64,000 nucleotides of DNA from contig OX597822.1 of assembly GCA_951406725.2 (NCBI GenBank), forward strand, positions 29,264,001 to 29,328,000, written 5' to 3'. The translations under genes were made by a program, and so were the position numbers. This document shows, piece by piece, positions 23,895 through 37,012 of this stretch. This DNA comes from Octopus vulgaris (Eukaryota). How positions within the stretch are numbered: the stretch's first letter is position 1; each line of letters starts with the position of its first letter. Under the pieces are notes generated by a model. It made no database searches. It was not told the DNA's origin and was given only the letters and a program-made list of their open reading frames with translations.

Positions 23895-24620
23895 AATTTT
23901 CTCCAGTCTTTTTCACTTGTTGATTTTTCTTCCATTTTCTTTCTCCTTTTCCTATCTCCTCTCCTTTTCCTTTTTCTTTTCTTTCCTCCTTCTTCTTTCT
24001 CTTGTATCTTTCCTTCCTCTCTTTCCTTTGCATCATTTCCCTCTTTCTCTTTTTCTCTTCTCTTCTCCCTTCTCTCTCATCTTCCTCCTTTCTCTCTCCC
24101 ACTTCTCATTATTTTCCCATTCTCCATCATCTTCTTTGTCTTTTCTTTCTCCTTTGTCTTCTCTTTCTCTTTCCTTCTTCCTTTTCTTTCCCTTTATTAT
24201 TCATCCTCTTTGTCTTCTTCTCACTTCATCTTTTCCTATCCATCATCCATTTTCCTCCCCTCATCCCATACTTCCTCAGCCTCCCCCACATTGTGGCAGA
24301 AGTGAGATTAGGAGATTATTAGCACTGTATTTTTTTTATTTGTTTATTTATTTGGTTCTGGATTGTCATGTGATTGCTTATAGGGATTACTCATCATGTA
24401 TGTATGCATGTGGCTATTTCTGCATGTATGCATGTGGTTATGTATCTGTGCACATGGTTATGTATTCATGTATGCATGTGGTTATGTATGCATGCATGTA
24501 TTTATGTATGTACGTATGCATGTGGTTGTGTGTGAATGTACATATGTATGTATGCAGTTATGTGTGAGTGTATGTATGTATGCATCTATGCACGTCGTTA
24601 TGTATGTGTGTATGCATTTG
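23895..24620. repeat. Polypyrimidine low-complexity tract followed by (TATG/CATG)-type low complexity
   Basis: CT-rich 23895-24290; tatgcatg-rich 24395-24620. Confidence 0.85.
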
Positions 24621-25099
24621 TTTGCCTTATCAACATAACCAGGTTAGTAAAGCAAGTGGACTTTTTCATTATTTTTGAAGACAAGTCTCTAAATTAGCTT
24701 CTTGCTGGAACCAAATGTATTCCTTACCACCACTATGGCTACCACTACCCCAACTACATACATACATATGTACGTACATACATACATACATACATTCCAC
24801 TGTGCAATCATAGCTTAACAACACTGAACATTGTTCATTACCAAAGCACTTGGGTAAGTAGTGTAATTACATTTTGAGTTAATGACTCAAAGACTTTGGT
24901 GCAGAACTGGCACACACACACACACACATGCTTACACACACACACACACACACACACATACACACACAGCACACACACACACACACTTGAAGCTAGCCTC
25001 AGTAATTCTCTTAGTTTAAGATCTTTTCAGTGTTTGTTGTAGTCCAGTGGAGTTTGGATCAAGCTTGATAGAAGGGTGAATGATAGTCGCTACTGCTTC

Positions 25100-25445
25100 T
25101 GTTGTTGTTGTCGTTATATAGCCCTAGGCTAGTTCCAATCCAGCAGACCACAAAGGTAGTTGGTTGAATTAAGTGCAAACCACAGATCTTTTGTTTTTTG
25201 TTGTATCATGCCACAGCATAGCTAAGGGCCATGCTGCACACCCCAAAATGTAGAAAGTCATTGTTTGATGCTGTTTAGCCCCAGGTCAACACTAACCAAA
25301 CAGACCTATGATCAAAAGTATGCCAGCCATAACTGACTATTTTTTTTTTTTTTTTGAATGCACAAGATTCCAGAGACCACATTATTCAATATATCATTTT
25401 GACAGGGTCTGATTTGAGGATGATTTGGTTGCTATTTCTAACAGA
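25100..25445 (-). mobile_element. Interspersed repeat family F fragments ((CAA)n-tailed, SINE-like)
   Basis: gtttagccccaggtc...cagacctatgatcaaa...ccagccat motif recurs near 12690, 18190 (reverse), 23560 (reverse) and 25870. Confidence 0.5.
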
Positions 25446-25450
25446 TCTAT

Positions 25451-25850
25451 AGGCGTAGGAGTAGCTGTTTGGTAAGTAGCTTGCTTACCAACCACATGGT
25501 TCTGGGTTCAGTTCCACTGCGTGGCACCTTGGGTAAGTGTCTTCTACTATAGCCTCAGGTCAACCAAAGCCATGTGAGTGGATTTGGTAGACGGAAACTG
25601 AAAGAAGCCCATCGTATACATGTATATATATATGTGTGTGTGTAATGTTTGTGTGTCTGTGTCTGTCCCCCCAACATCACTTGACAACTGATGGTGGTGA
25701 GTTTAGATCCCCATAACTTAGCGGTTCGGCAAAAGAGACTGATAGAATAAGTACTAGACTTCCAAAGAATAAGTCCTGGGATCGATTTACTCAACTAAAA
25801 GGCAGTGCTCCAGCATGGCTGCAGTCAAATGACTGAAATGAGTAAAAAGT
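25451..25850 (+). mobile_element. SINE family B, full length
   Basis: Complete head to tail. Confidence 0.9.
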
Positions 25851-26488
25851 AATACCAGCAAATTCTGATTGTTGTTGTTTAACTCTAGATTAACCCGAAT
25901 GAGCAGATCTATGATCAAAGACATTCCAGCCATGACCATCCCCATCCTTATTTTTTCCCTATGAGCTGGGTACCCTGGATGGCATTTTCCAAAATGACCC
26001 AGTCATGATTTGACAGAATTTAGCTGCCACTTTGAGCAGGTTGAGTGATAATGTAAGAGATTCCCTCATTGGTCATATAGATTTTGGTGATGGCCACAAC
26101 AGATTCAGCCAAGGTGGACATGGCCAAAGAGTGACTTTTTCTTTTCTCATTTAGAGAATTGCTAGTAGGATCTTTTATTGTTTTCCTCATTTGCTTGTTT
26201 TTGTTGGTTTGTTTAATGTCCCCCCCCCCCCCCCTGCCAGCATGGGTTTGGATGATGGGGGCAGGTGATGAGTTACTTGAGACAGGTTTTTGCAACTGGA
26301 TACTCTTTCTGTTGCCAACTCTAACCTGTTTTCAAGTAAGGTCTCCGAATGCTCGGAGTGGCTGGCCTGGTTTTTATATCAACAAGGAATGTCAACATCA
26401 ATAATGCTTTGTTCAACTGGTGCTGGATATCCACGTGCACACGCGCGCGCGCGCACACACACACACACACACACATGTATATATGTAT

Positions 26489-26897
26489 GCGCAGGGTGGC
26501 TCTGTGGTAAGAAGCTTGCTTCCCAACCATATAGTTCCAAGTTCAATCCCACTGTGTGACAATTGGGAACGTGTCTTCTACTATAGCCTCAGGCCAATCA
26601 AATCTTTATGAGTGGATTTGGTACATGGAAACTGAAAGAAGCCTATCGTATATATATATATATATATATTTGTGTGTTTGTGTCTGTGTTCGGTCCTCCC
26701 CCACCATTGCTTGACAACTGATGTTGGTGTGTTTACATCCTCATAACTTAGTGGTTTGGCTAAAGAAACCAATAGAATAAGTACTAGGCTTACAAAGAAT
26801 AAGTCCTGGTGTCAATTTGTTTAACTAAAACCCCTTAAGGTGGTGCTCCAGCATGACCACAGTCAAATGACTGAAACAAGTAAAAGAATAAAAGAAT
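26489..26897 (+). mobile_element. SINE family B, full length
   Basis: Complete head to tail. Confidence 0.85.
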
Positions 26898-26917
26898 ATA
26901 TGTGTGTGTGTGTGTGT

Positions 26918-27315
26918 GTGGTGTGACTGTGAGGTAAGAAACCACACGGTTTTGGGTTCAAACCCACTGCGTGGAGCCTTGTGCAGGTTTCTTCTACAAT
27001 AGTAGAACAACAACCAAAGCCTCATGTGTGATTTGGTAGATGGAAACTAAAAGAAGCCCAGCAAATGTACGTGTGTGCGTTACTGTCTCCTTCCTTGCCT
27101 TGACATCACATTATGAGTGCCACCATCATGTAAGTGGTGTCCTTCATTTTCAGTCTTCTGTGAAAACATGTCTGGTCATGGGAAATATTACCTTGCTTGG
27201 AAGCAGGTGAGGGTTGGTGACAGGAAGTGCATCCAGCTGTAGAAGATCCATCATAGCAAATTCCATCTGACCGTTGTAAGGATGGAAAAGCTGATGTTAA
27301 AATGGTGACATGATA
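26918..27315 (+). mobile_element. SINE with family B head and RTE-like tail
   Basis: B head, then ggaagtgcatccagctgtag...gatggaaaagctgatgttaaaatg. Confidence 0.7.
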
Positions 27316-27317
27316 AC

Positions 27318-27932
27318 TATCTGCGGCTTTATATAGCTATGGTAAGACTTCACCTGGAATTTGCATCACCGGTCTGGAACCCCTATCTTGCCCAGGATAT
27401 CAATCGTCTGGAAGCCGTTCAGCGACGTGCAACCAAGAATACCCTCCATCAGGCATTTGCCATATTCTGAACGCCTTACTTCCCTGGGCATGGACACATT
27501 GAAACTCCGACGTCTGACAGCTGACTTGGCAGACACCCATAAAATTATCAACCATCTTACAAACAATAACTCTGAGCACCTTTTCAAACTCCACCCGTCT
27601 AACACCTGTGGACATATTTACAAAGTCAGAAAACAGCACAGCTCCCATGACTTTAGGAAACATTTTTTCACGCTGAGAGTTGCTGAAGCATGGAACAAAC
27701 TGCCGGCATCAGTTGTTAGTTGTCGGATCACTGCATCCTTCAAAACTTCCATGCTTTCTGAGATTCGCCAACACTACACCTGATTTTCTGCCCTCCATAC
27801 ACACACAAGCATGTATCTGACTCATACATTGTTCCCTTTCCAGACATTTGTACATTACTGCATATAATTTACAGGCACTTTCTGACAAGTTGTGGTGCAC
27901 CTGAGCACTCTATACAATAATTTCATTATTAT
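27318..27932 (+). pseudogene. CR1 LINE 3' fragment (ORF2 C-terminus and 3' UTR), frameshifted
   Basis: YLRLYIAMVRLHLEFASPVWNPYLAQDINRLEAVQRRATK / RIPSIRHLPYSERLTSLGMDTLKLRRL...HFFTLRVAEAWNKLP; stop at 27783. Confidence 0.9.
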
Positions 27933-28211
27933 ATATATATATATATATGATGAGCTTTCTGCAGTTTCTGTCTAGCAAATTCCTTCATAAGGCAATTGGT
28001 TGGCATGGGGCTATAGTAGAAGACAGTTGCTCAAGGTGGGTCTTCGTACTGGGCCACATGGTTAAGAAGTGCACTTCTTAACCATACAGCCTTGCCTGTG
28101 CCTATACAGTTAATGGTGGTGGTGGTGGTAGTGGTGGTGGTATGCATCATACTGTTTGAAGCTTTTAAGGCTAGTGATACAGCATATATTTGTTTTGTTT
28201 GTACTTTTTCT

Positions 28212-28255
<44 letters not shown>

Positions 28256-28753
28256 GGTGGAAGAGAAAGAGAAATGGTAGAGAAGAGAAAGTTCACTGTA
28301 GCAGCAGTGCAGCAGCAGCAGCGGTAGAAGTATTATTTTTTTTTTCCCCTCTTCCTATATTTTTTATCTTTTTTTTTTAGAACATTTTCAACCCTCTGCA
28401 GTCAGTAGAATCTGTGGTTTCACTTACATGAATAAAAATAAAATATACTAATAAAACAAGATAAAACAATCATAGTGATGAAATCTGATTAATGTTTCAT
28501 TAACCTAGATTCAAATAGCTTTAATTAGCACCTCACCTAACTACACATTCATTAACCACCCACCAAACTTCCCTGCTCAACAGATACTTTAAAATGTTTC
28601 TTCTAGAATATTCTGATCATTTTATTTGCTAAATAAATTATTTTATTTATTTTATTTTTTCACTTAGTTTTACTTTTTTTTCTGAAGTTATTTTTGTTTA
28701 GTATTACATCCATACTAACATAAATATAAACTACATTGAATTTACTTACATAT

Positions 28754-29220
28754 AGGTGCAGGCGTGGCTGTGTGGTAAGAAGTTTGCTTCCCAACCACAT
28801 GGTTCTGAGTTCAGTCCCACTGCATGACACCTTGGGAAAATGTCTTCTACTACCGCCTAGGGCCAACCAAAGCCTTGTGAGTAGATTTTGTAGGCAGAAA
28901 CTGAAAGAACCCCTTCGAATATATCAACAATATATTGGATAAATACTATCCCTTAATGGGTTGCACCCATAACCCCTAACTTACTTTGTGTGTATATATA
29001 TGTATGTGTATGTGTCCTTGTGTTTGTCCCCCCCCCACTGCTTGACAATTGGCGTTGGTGTGTTATGTCCCCATAACTTAACAGTTCAATGAAAGATACT
29101 GATAGAATAAGTACTAGATTTAAAAAAATATCCTGGGAGCGATTTGTTCAACTAAAACCATTCAAGGCTGTGCCCCAGCATGGCCACAGTCGATTGACTG
29201 GAACTAGTAAGTGATATAAG
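28754..29220 (+). mobile_element. SINE family B with internal insert
   Basis: Complete head to tail; extra sequence 28915-28985. Confidence 0.8.
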
Positions 29221-29342
29221 ATCTAATACAAATAACTTCCTAATTAGTAATATGTTATTAGTTAAATTAATACAATTTGTGATTGGTTGTTGTGTGTATC
29301 ACTTTAGCTTCTTTCTCTTTCTTCTTGGGTGTAAAGGTGAGC

Positions 29343-29835
29343 TGCAGGTATGGCTGTTTGGTTAAAAGATTCGCTCCTCAGCCATGTGGTTCTGGGTTCA
29401 GTCCCACTGCATGGTACCTTCGGTGAGTGTCTTTTACTAAGGCTCCAAGCTGACAAACACCTTGTGACAAGAATTGGTTGATGGAAACTGAAAGAAGCCA
29501 GTCATATATGTATATATGTGTGTGTTCATCTGTGTGTGTATGTACGTATGTGTGTATGTATATATATATGTATATATGTTTGTTTGTTTGTGTGTGTGTT
29601 AGTGACTCCTTGTCGTGACATTGCACAATAGTTGTAAATGAGTGTCACCGTCATACAAGCAGTGTTCTTCTGTGGAAATCTGTCAGGCCATGGGGGAGTA
29701 TTACTTTGCCTGGAAACAGATGCGGGTTGACAACAGGAAGGACATCTACCCGTGGAAAATCTGCTTCAATGAATTTTGCCTGACCCATGCTAGCATAGAA
29801 AAGTGAACATTGAAACAACAATGATGATGATGATA
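29343..29835 (+). mobile_element. SINE with family B head and RTE-like (GAT)n tail
   Basis: B head, microsatellite, then acccatgctagcatagaaaagtgaacattgaaac...gatgatgat. Confidence 0.75.
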
Positions 29836-30324
29836 AGATGTTAGTGAACAAGTGGTAACTATAGGGTTGTCAAGGACCCTTTAGTTTTCCCCAAGGATAC
29901 AAAAGCCTCTCTAGTCTTGATACTACAATAAAATCACTCTGTACACATTTTAAAATAGTTGGCAAGATGTGGGGCATGTTGGGCATGTAACTTCTGCTAT
30001 AACCTTGGGTTGCAGCAAGGAAACTGATGCAGGACTCTTTGGTGAGGGCCATTGTTGGACTAAACAACAGTACCATTTTTTTTTGGTAATCTAACACTTG
30101 AAGAAGACAAGCTAATTAGGATGTTTTAATGACCAGATGCCTTTCCTGTCATAAACCCTCTTAGCTCTTGTAACACACAAATGGATGTGGTGTACCTGTT
30201 TTTATGCATACTGTAACCAGGACTACATTATTTATTTTTTTTTTTAATTAAAAAATTTTTTTTAATAAGACAGTTGTGTGTGCCTTGATGGGGATTTGGC
30301 TGCTATTTCTTAGCAACCCTATGA

Positions 30325-30697
30325 TAAGAAGTTTACTTCATAACCACTTGGGTTTAGGTTCAGTCCCACTGTGTGGCATCTTGAGCAAGTGACTTGGGTT
30401 GACCAGAGCCATGTCAGTGCATTTGGTTCACAGAAAATGAAAGAAGCCCATCATGTGTGTGTGTGTGTGCACGTGCTTGTGTGTGTCTTTTTGCTTGTTT
30501 GTTCCCCACTATTACTTAACAACTGGTGTTCGTTTGTTTACATCCCTGTAACTTAGTGGTTTGGCAAAAAGTGACTGATAGAATAAGTAGTAAGCTTAAG
30601 GAAAAAAAAAAGTACTAGGTTTGATTTATTTGACTAAGTCCTTGAAGGTGGTGCCCCAGCATGGCTACAGTCCACTGACTGAAACAAATAAAAGATA
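30325..30697 (+). mobile_element. SINE family B
   Basis: Family B body and tail. Confidence 0.75.
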
Positions 30698-31699
30698 ATT
30701 CTTTAGAGGTTCCCTTCAATATATCATGTACAGGCCCTTTTTTTCACTGGCGCTAAGAGTTCGCTTCCTGCAAGAGAGAGACCTAACATGCTGTAACTAT
30801 TTGTATGGTTGTTTCAGTTTTGTCTGGATGACAACAGAACATTTTTATTTTTCGCTTTCGCAAGCAGTATTTTAGTAATCAATATTTTGTAGCGATCGGG
30901 CAGTAGGTTGTAAAAATAAAGCTAAATCCAGGTACCGTCCGAGGAAGCTGGAGAAGCACTGGTTAGTGATGGCAGTGGTGGCAGTGGCAGCGGAGGCAGC
31001 AGTGTTGAAGTAGTGGTGAGATTCAGTATGGCTGGCGGTAGCAGGGGTTTAGGAGAGAATGATGTCATTTCTGAATTTAGTTAGTGGATATGATTCACAT
31101 GTTAAATTAAAATTTCTTCACGCTACAATAGTTTGTATGATGTTCAATTAGGGACGAAATTCTTAAGGCAAAGCACATGACGATAAGCAATTGATTTCGA
31201 TGGGAAGTGTTGTAATCTGACGATTTTCTCTCTCTTTCTTTCTTACTCTTTCTCTCATTCTTTCTTTTTTCTTTCTCTCTCTCACTTTCTCCACCCCACC
31301 CCCTCTGCTGTTGTTGGGTTGTCCCATTTAGCCTCAAAAAGACATGATTTATATACTTGTTTCTTGCTTTTAGTAACAAATTATACAGTTCAGCAATGAT
31401 GTTTTATATATTTTCATTGTTTGTTAGTTTATGTTTGTGTTTTGTATGTGTTTTTGTTGTGTGTACACCCACGCATGTAAACACACGCACACACGCATAC
31501 ACACATGCATGCATGCGGACACACATGCCTATACAAACACACGTACACATACAACAAGCACACGCATGCCAACACAGTCTTGTGCGGGCACTTTGTACAG
31601 ATGATAAATACAATAATGAAAATGGATGAAGATACCTTGTAATCTTATTCTTGTGAAATGAAGAAATTATTGGGAAATTCTTATATGATGCAATGTAAG

Positions 31700-32400
<701 letters not shown>

Positions 32401-32404
32401 ATAT

Positions 32405-32786
32405 ACTCTTTTGTTCTTTTACTTGTTTCAGTCAATTGAGTGTGGCCATGCTGGAGCACTGCCTTTACTAGAACAATTTGACCCCAGGACATATTCTTTG
32501 TAAGCCTAATATTTATTCTATTAGTCTCTTTCACAGGGATGTAAACACACCAAGATCAGTTGTCAAACGATAGTGGGGGAACGAACACAGGCACACAAAT
32601 ACACACATGTATATATATGTATGGCTAGCCACTACACACATTTTTTTCTCCCCTTGTTTCTTTCTGTGGAAGAGCGTAGGCTCAAAACGTTAAAGACTTT
32701 TTCAATTCCTGAGCGTTATACTAATACATCTGTTTGTTTTCTACACCACCTGTCTTCGTCTTTTGTTTTTTTGTGAATTCTCCCCC

Positions 32787-32819
<33 letters not shown>

Positions 32820-32989
32820 TTACACACGCATGCACGATGGGCTTCTTTCCATTTCCATCTACCAAATCCACTCACAAGGCTTTGGTCAGCCTGAGGCTAT
32901 AGTAGGAGACACTTGCCCAAGGTGCCACGCATTGAGACTGATCCCGGAACTATGTGGTTGGGAAGCAAGCTTCTTACCACACAGCCACT
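32405..32989 (-). mobile_element. SINE family B carrying a Penelope-like insert in its microsatellite
   Basis: B halves flank 32620-32786. Confidence 0.8.
32659..32696 (+). ncRNA. Degenerate minimal type-I hammerhead ribozyme motif
   Basis: tcttt CTGTGGA a gagc gtag gctc aAAA cgt t aaaga: perfect stem I (tcttt/aaaga) and stem II (gagc/gctc), palindromic acgt; two core mismatches. Confidence 0.55.
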
Positions 32990-33258
32990 GGGATCCATAT
33001 AATCGACTTAATCTGTTTGTCTGTCCTTGTTTGTCCTCACTGTGTGTAGTCCCTTGTGGGCAGTAAAGAAATAGGTATTTCATCTGTCTTAATGTTCTGA
33101 GTTCAATTTACGCCGAGGTCAACTTTGCCTTTCATTCTTTCGGGGTCGATAGATTAAGTACCAGTTATGCACTGGGGTCGATGTAATCGACTTAATCCCT
33201 TTGTCTGTCCTTGTTTGTCTCCTCTATGTTTAACCCCTTGTGGGCAATAAAGAAATAA
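32990..33258 (+). mobile_element. SINE family A dimer remnant
   Basis: Junction aaagaaata|ggtatttc at about 33065-33081. Confidence 0.8.
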
Positions 33259-33616
33259 GATCTAATAAATTGTTGCATGCATGGTGAACAGCAAGAGGGG
33301 AAATGACAACTTGCATGTGTATTCTTAATATGTTCTGACAGATTCAAACATAAATATGCTGATCACTATTGTGTTCGTCACAGGAAAACAGTTTCCCCAT
33401 TATGACAACTATGTGTTCATAACACACTCAGTTCATGAGGAGAAGGGATTCTGGGACATTGGTGTTCTGACATTTTATGTTTTTCTTTTTTGAACTGAGA
33501 AGTGCCTGGAACATGTTATAAAGTCAAGTGCTGGAAGTAAAGCAAAAAAAAAAAAGATGTATAAGGTGCTCTTTGTCTCTTCCTCTCTCTGACCTGCCTT
33601 CTCATACCGGCACATG

Positions 33617-34010
33617 TCACCACCACCACCAACACTGCCACCACCACCACCACCACCACTGCTACCCCAACCACCACCGCCGCCGCCACCACTACCACCC
33701 CAACCACTGCTGCCACCACCACTACCACCCCCAACCACCGCCGCCGCCACCCCAACCACTGCTGCCACTACCACCCCAACCCCAACCACTGCTGCCACCA
33801 CCACTACCACCCCAACAACCGCCGCCACCTTCACCACTCCGTCACCACTGCCCACCACCACCACCACAATCGCCTCCACCACCAATACTGACACCACCAC
33901 CACTGCTACCCCAACCACCACCGCCGCCACCACTACAACCCCAACCACTGCTGCCACCACCACTACCACCCCAACAACCGCCGCCACCTTCACCACCACC
34001 ACTTTCACCA
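33617..34010. repeat. (CCA)n-derived compound minisatellite
   Basis: Recurring ccccaaccactgctgccaccaccactacca units and a duplicated longer block ending ccgccgccaccttcaccac. Confidence 0.85.
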
Positions 34011-34871
34011 ATATTGTTATTTCTTCTTTGCTTTCCGTGCAGGCAAGGGTTGGATGGGTCACCACAGTTTGCTTCGATTCTAGTTTAGAGCAGCGACTGG
34101 TATTCGGGCATATCGGGCATATCGTTTGACCTTCATTTCTACTGCTGGATACCCTTCCTAACCACCCCCAAACCACTCAACAGCATACTGGGTGCATTTT
34201 GTCACTGCAACACCACCACCACCACCACTAGAGTTGTTGAATACGTCCCCACACCGATAAAACCCCGGAACCATGTAGATAGACCGACAACTACAAACAA
34301 AAATGAGAGAAAACTCACTCAAATTCACTCAACACTATTATTCTGTAGTTCTGTAATGTTAGTTATCTTGTCTGATTTAAAGTACAGTCATTTCCATTAT
34401 TGTCATCTATGTTCAAAGAATAGTTCCCCCCCCCGCAGTCCTTATAGTTAGTTAGTCTACAATAGAACACGAGTGCTCTTTTTCATTATCAGACTATCGA
34501 GTTGAAGTATTAATAATCGCTGGCGTTATCAATATTTGCTTTCATTTTGGACTTGATTAAAAACGTTACGTCAATAGTTTTCTTTCATTATTCAACTACA
34601 GAATATTGCTTTCATTCAAATCTTATTATGATTTCAATAGCGTTTAGCCTATTTGCCCCGTCTTTCATGTTTCAATTTCCTACGCTTGCACTACGTTTCA
34701 ATCCATCTTAAGACCTCAACAGAGTTCTTTAGACATTGCTTGTTCATTTGTACTTCTATCTTACCACATCCTTACATATACTTTGTTATGAGTTGGTACT
34801 GAATAATAAAACTTAGAATGAATATATTTATTTATTTATTATGAAAAATGTAGCATGAAACATTGTACTAT

Positions 34872-35297
34872 ACCACGTTTTAAGGTGGCAAGCTGGCAGA
34901 AACGTTAGCATGCCGGGCAAAATGCTTAGCGGTATTTCGTCTGCCGCTACGTTCTGAGTTCAAATTCTGCCGAGGTCGACTTTACCTTTCATACTTTCGG
35001 GGTCGATTAAATAAGCACCAGTTATGCACTAGGGTCAATATAATCGACTTAATCTGTTTGTCTGTCCTTGTTTGTCCCCTCTGTGTGTAGCCCCTTGTGG
35101 GCAGTAAAGAAATAGGTATTTCGTCTGCCGCTACTTTTTGAGTTCAAATTCAGCCGAGGTCGACTTAGCCTTTCATCCTTTTAGGGCTGATTAAATAAGT
35201 ACCAGTTACGCACCGGGGTCAATGTAATCGACTTAATCATTTTGTCTGTCCTTGTTTGTGCCCTCTATGTTTAGCCCCTTGTGGGCAGTAATGAAAT
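34872..35297 (+). mobile_element. SINE family A dimer flanked by one TSD
   Basis: 17-bp TSD atgaaacattgtactat at 34855-34871 and 35298-35314. Confidence 0.9.
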
Positions 35298-35387
35298 ATG
35301 AAACATTGTACTATGAGGCAGAGCAAGTAAATTTCTCTATTATTAACCTGGTTATCATCAACACGTTTTTTTAAGCACTATGTATGT

Positions 35388-35776
35388 ATTCTTTTATTCT
35401 TTCTTTTACTTGTTGCAGTCATTTTACTCCGGCCATGCTGGAGTACTGCCTTTAGTCGAGCAAATCGATCCCCCACCCCAGACTTATTCTTTGTAAGCCT
35501 TGTACTTATTCTATTGGATCTCTTTTGCTGAACCGCTAAGTTACAGGAATGTAAACACACCAGCATTGGTTGTCAAGCATTGTTGGGGGACAAACACAGA
35601 CACACACACACATGCATACGACGGGCTTCTTTCAGTTTCCGTCCACCAAATCCATTCACAAGGCTTTGGTCGGCCCAAGGCTATAGTAGAAGACACTTGC
35701 CCAAGGTGCCATGCAGTGGGACTAAACCTAGAACCATGTGGTTGGTAAGCAAGCTATTTACCACACAGCCATTCCT
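35388..35776 (-). mobile_element. SINE family B, full length
   Basis: Family B in reverse. Confidence 0.85.
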
Positions 35777-35994
35777 ATTATTTTGTATTAAGTACTTTGT
35801 ATTATATATGTATTATGTTAAATCTTTTTGTTCTGAGTTCAAATTGTGCTGAGGTCAACTTTGCCTTTCATCCATTTGGGGTCGATAAATTAAGTACCAG
35901 TGAAACCTTGGGGTGAATGTAATCGACTAGTCCCCACTTCCCCAAAGTTCCAGGCCTTGTGCCTATAGTAAATAGGATTATTTATTATTATTAT

Positions 35995-36553
35995 TGTGTT
36001 TGAGAAGACCCAGCAAGCCAAGTGAGACCATAACCCATGGCCTATGCTAGGGATGTAACCAACCCACTTATGCATACCTTTCCTTCATTGGACACTAAAT
36101 TCTGCTTGCGAAGATTTGTTGAGGCAAGTGAAATCGAAATCAAATTCGATGACTGGCATCCGTGCTAGTGGAGTGCTAAGAACACAATCCAAGTGTTGAC
36201 TGGCTTCTGTGCCGGTGGCATGTAAAAAGCACCATTCAAGCATGATTGTTACCAGAGTCGCCTTACTGGCACTTGTGCTGGTGGCACGTGCTAAAATATT
36301 TGAGCGAGGTTGTTGCAAGTGTCGCTGGACTGGCTCCTGTGCAGGTGGCATGTAAAAAACACCATTTGAGTGTGGCCGTTGCCAGTACCAACTGACTGGC
36401 CCTTGTGCCGGTGGCATGTAAAAGCACCCACTACACTCTCGGAGTGGTTGGTGTTAGGAAGGGCATCCAGAGCCTGGTGCAGCCATCTGGTTTGCTAGTC
36501 CTCAGTCAAATTGTCCAACCCATGCCAGCATGGAAAGCGGACGTTAAACGATT
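35995..36553 (+). mobile_element. RTE LINE 3' end (last codons and full 3' UTR, family C)
   Basis: Starts VFEKTQQAK*, subrepeats gccggtggcatgtaaaaagcacc, ends ggacgttaaacga. Confidence 0.8.
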
Positions 36554-36578
36554 ATTATTATTATTATTATTATTATTA

Positions 36579-36615
<37 letters not shown>

Positions 36616-36616
<1 letters not shown>

Positions 36617-37012
36617 TGAAAGACTCTTGGATAGTTCTTAATTACTGGTTATTCTTTACTTGAAAGCAGGCAATAACAAATCACCAATGGTTTCAAGTAG
36701 TGCTTTCTCCTATGACTCAAAGAGACAATACTCTCCTTAGAGTGCGAGCTGTGCCCAACAATGCTGTCTTCTGGATCCCCTCGAGCCTGAGAGCAGCTCC
36801 AATATTCTTAATATGTTTTTCTAAGCCCTTGGAAACTGTTCCTAATGTTCCAATTACCACTATTACTTTCCACATGCCCCATAACTTTCCTATCTCATCC
36901 CGCAGTGGCTGGTATTTCTCAATCTTTTCTGTTTCTTTACATTTCACCCTCGAATCGCCTGGTATTGCAATATCTATTATCTTTACTCCTTATATTTCAC
37001 CCTTGAATTGCC
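36616..37012 (-). pseudogene. R4/Dong-clade non-LTR retrotransposon 3' end (restriction-like endonuclease C-terminus)
   Basis: IIDIAIPGDSRVKCKETEKIEKYQPLRDEIGKLWGMWK...IQKTALLGTARTLRRVL; flanked on both sides by (TAA)n. Confidence 0.85.

Noticed and set aside
23862-24567. Hydrophobic Phe/Ser/Leu-rich ORFs resembling membrane proteins
   Set aside because: Polypyrimidine low-complexity DNA.
33475-34176. ORFs of 171-233 aa resembling mucin, proline-rich or glycine-rich proteins
   Set aside because: All arise from one (CCA)n repeat that is open in several frames on both strands; no convincing splice sites or domain.
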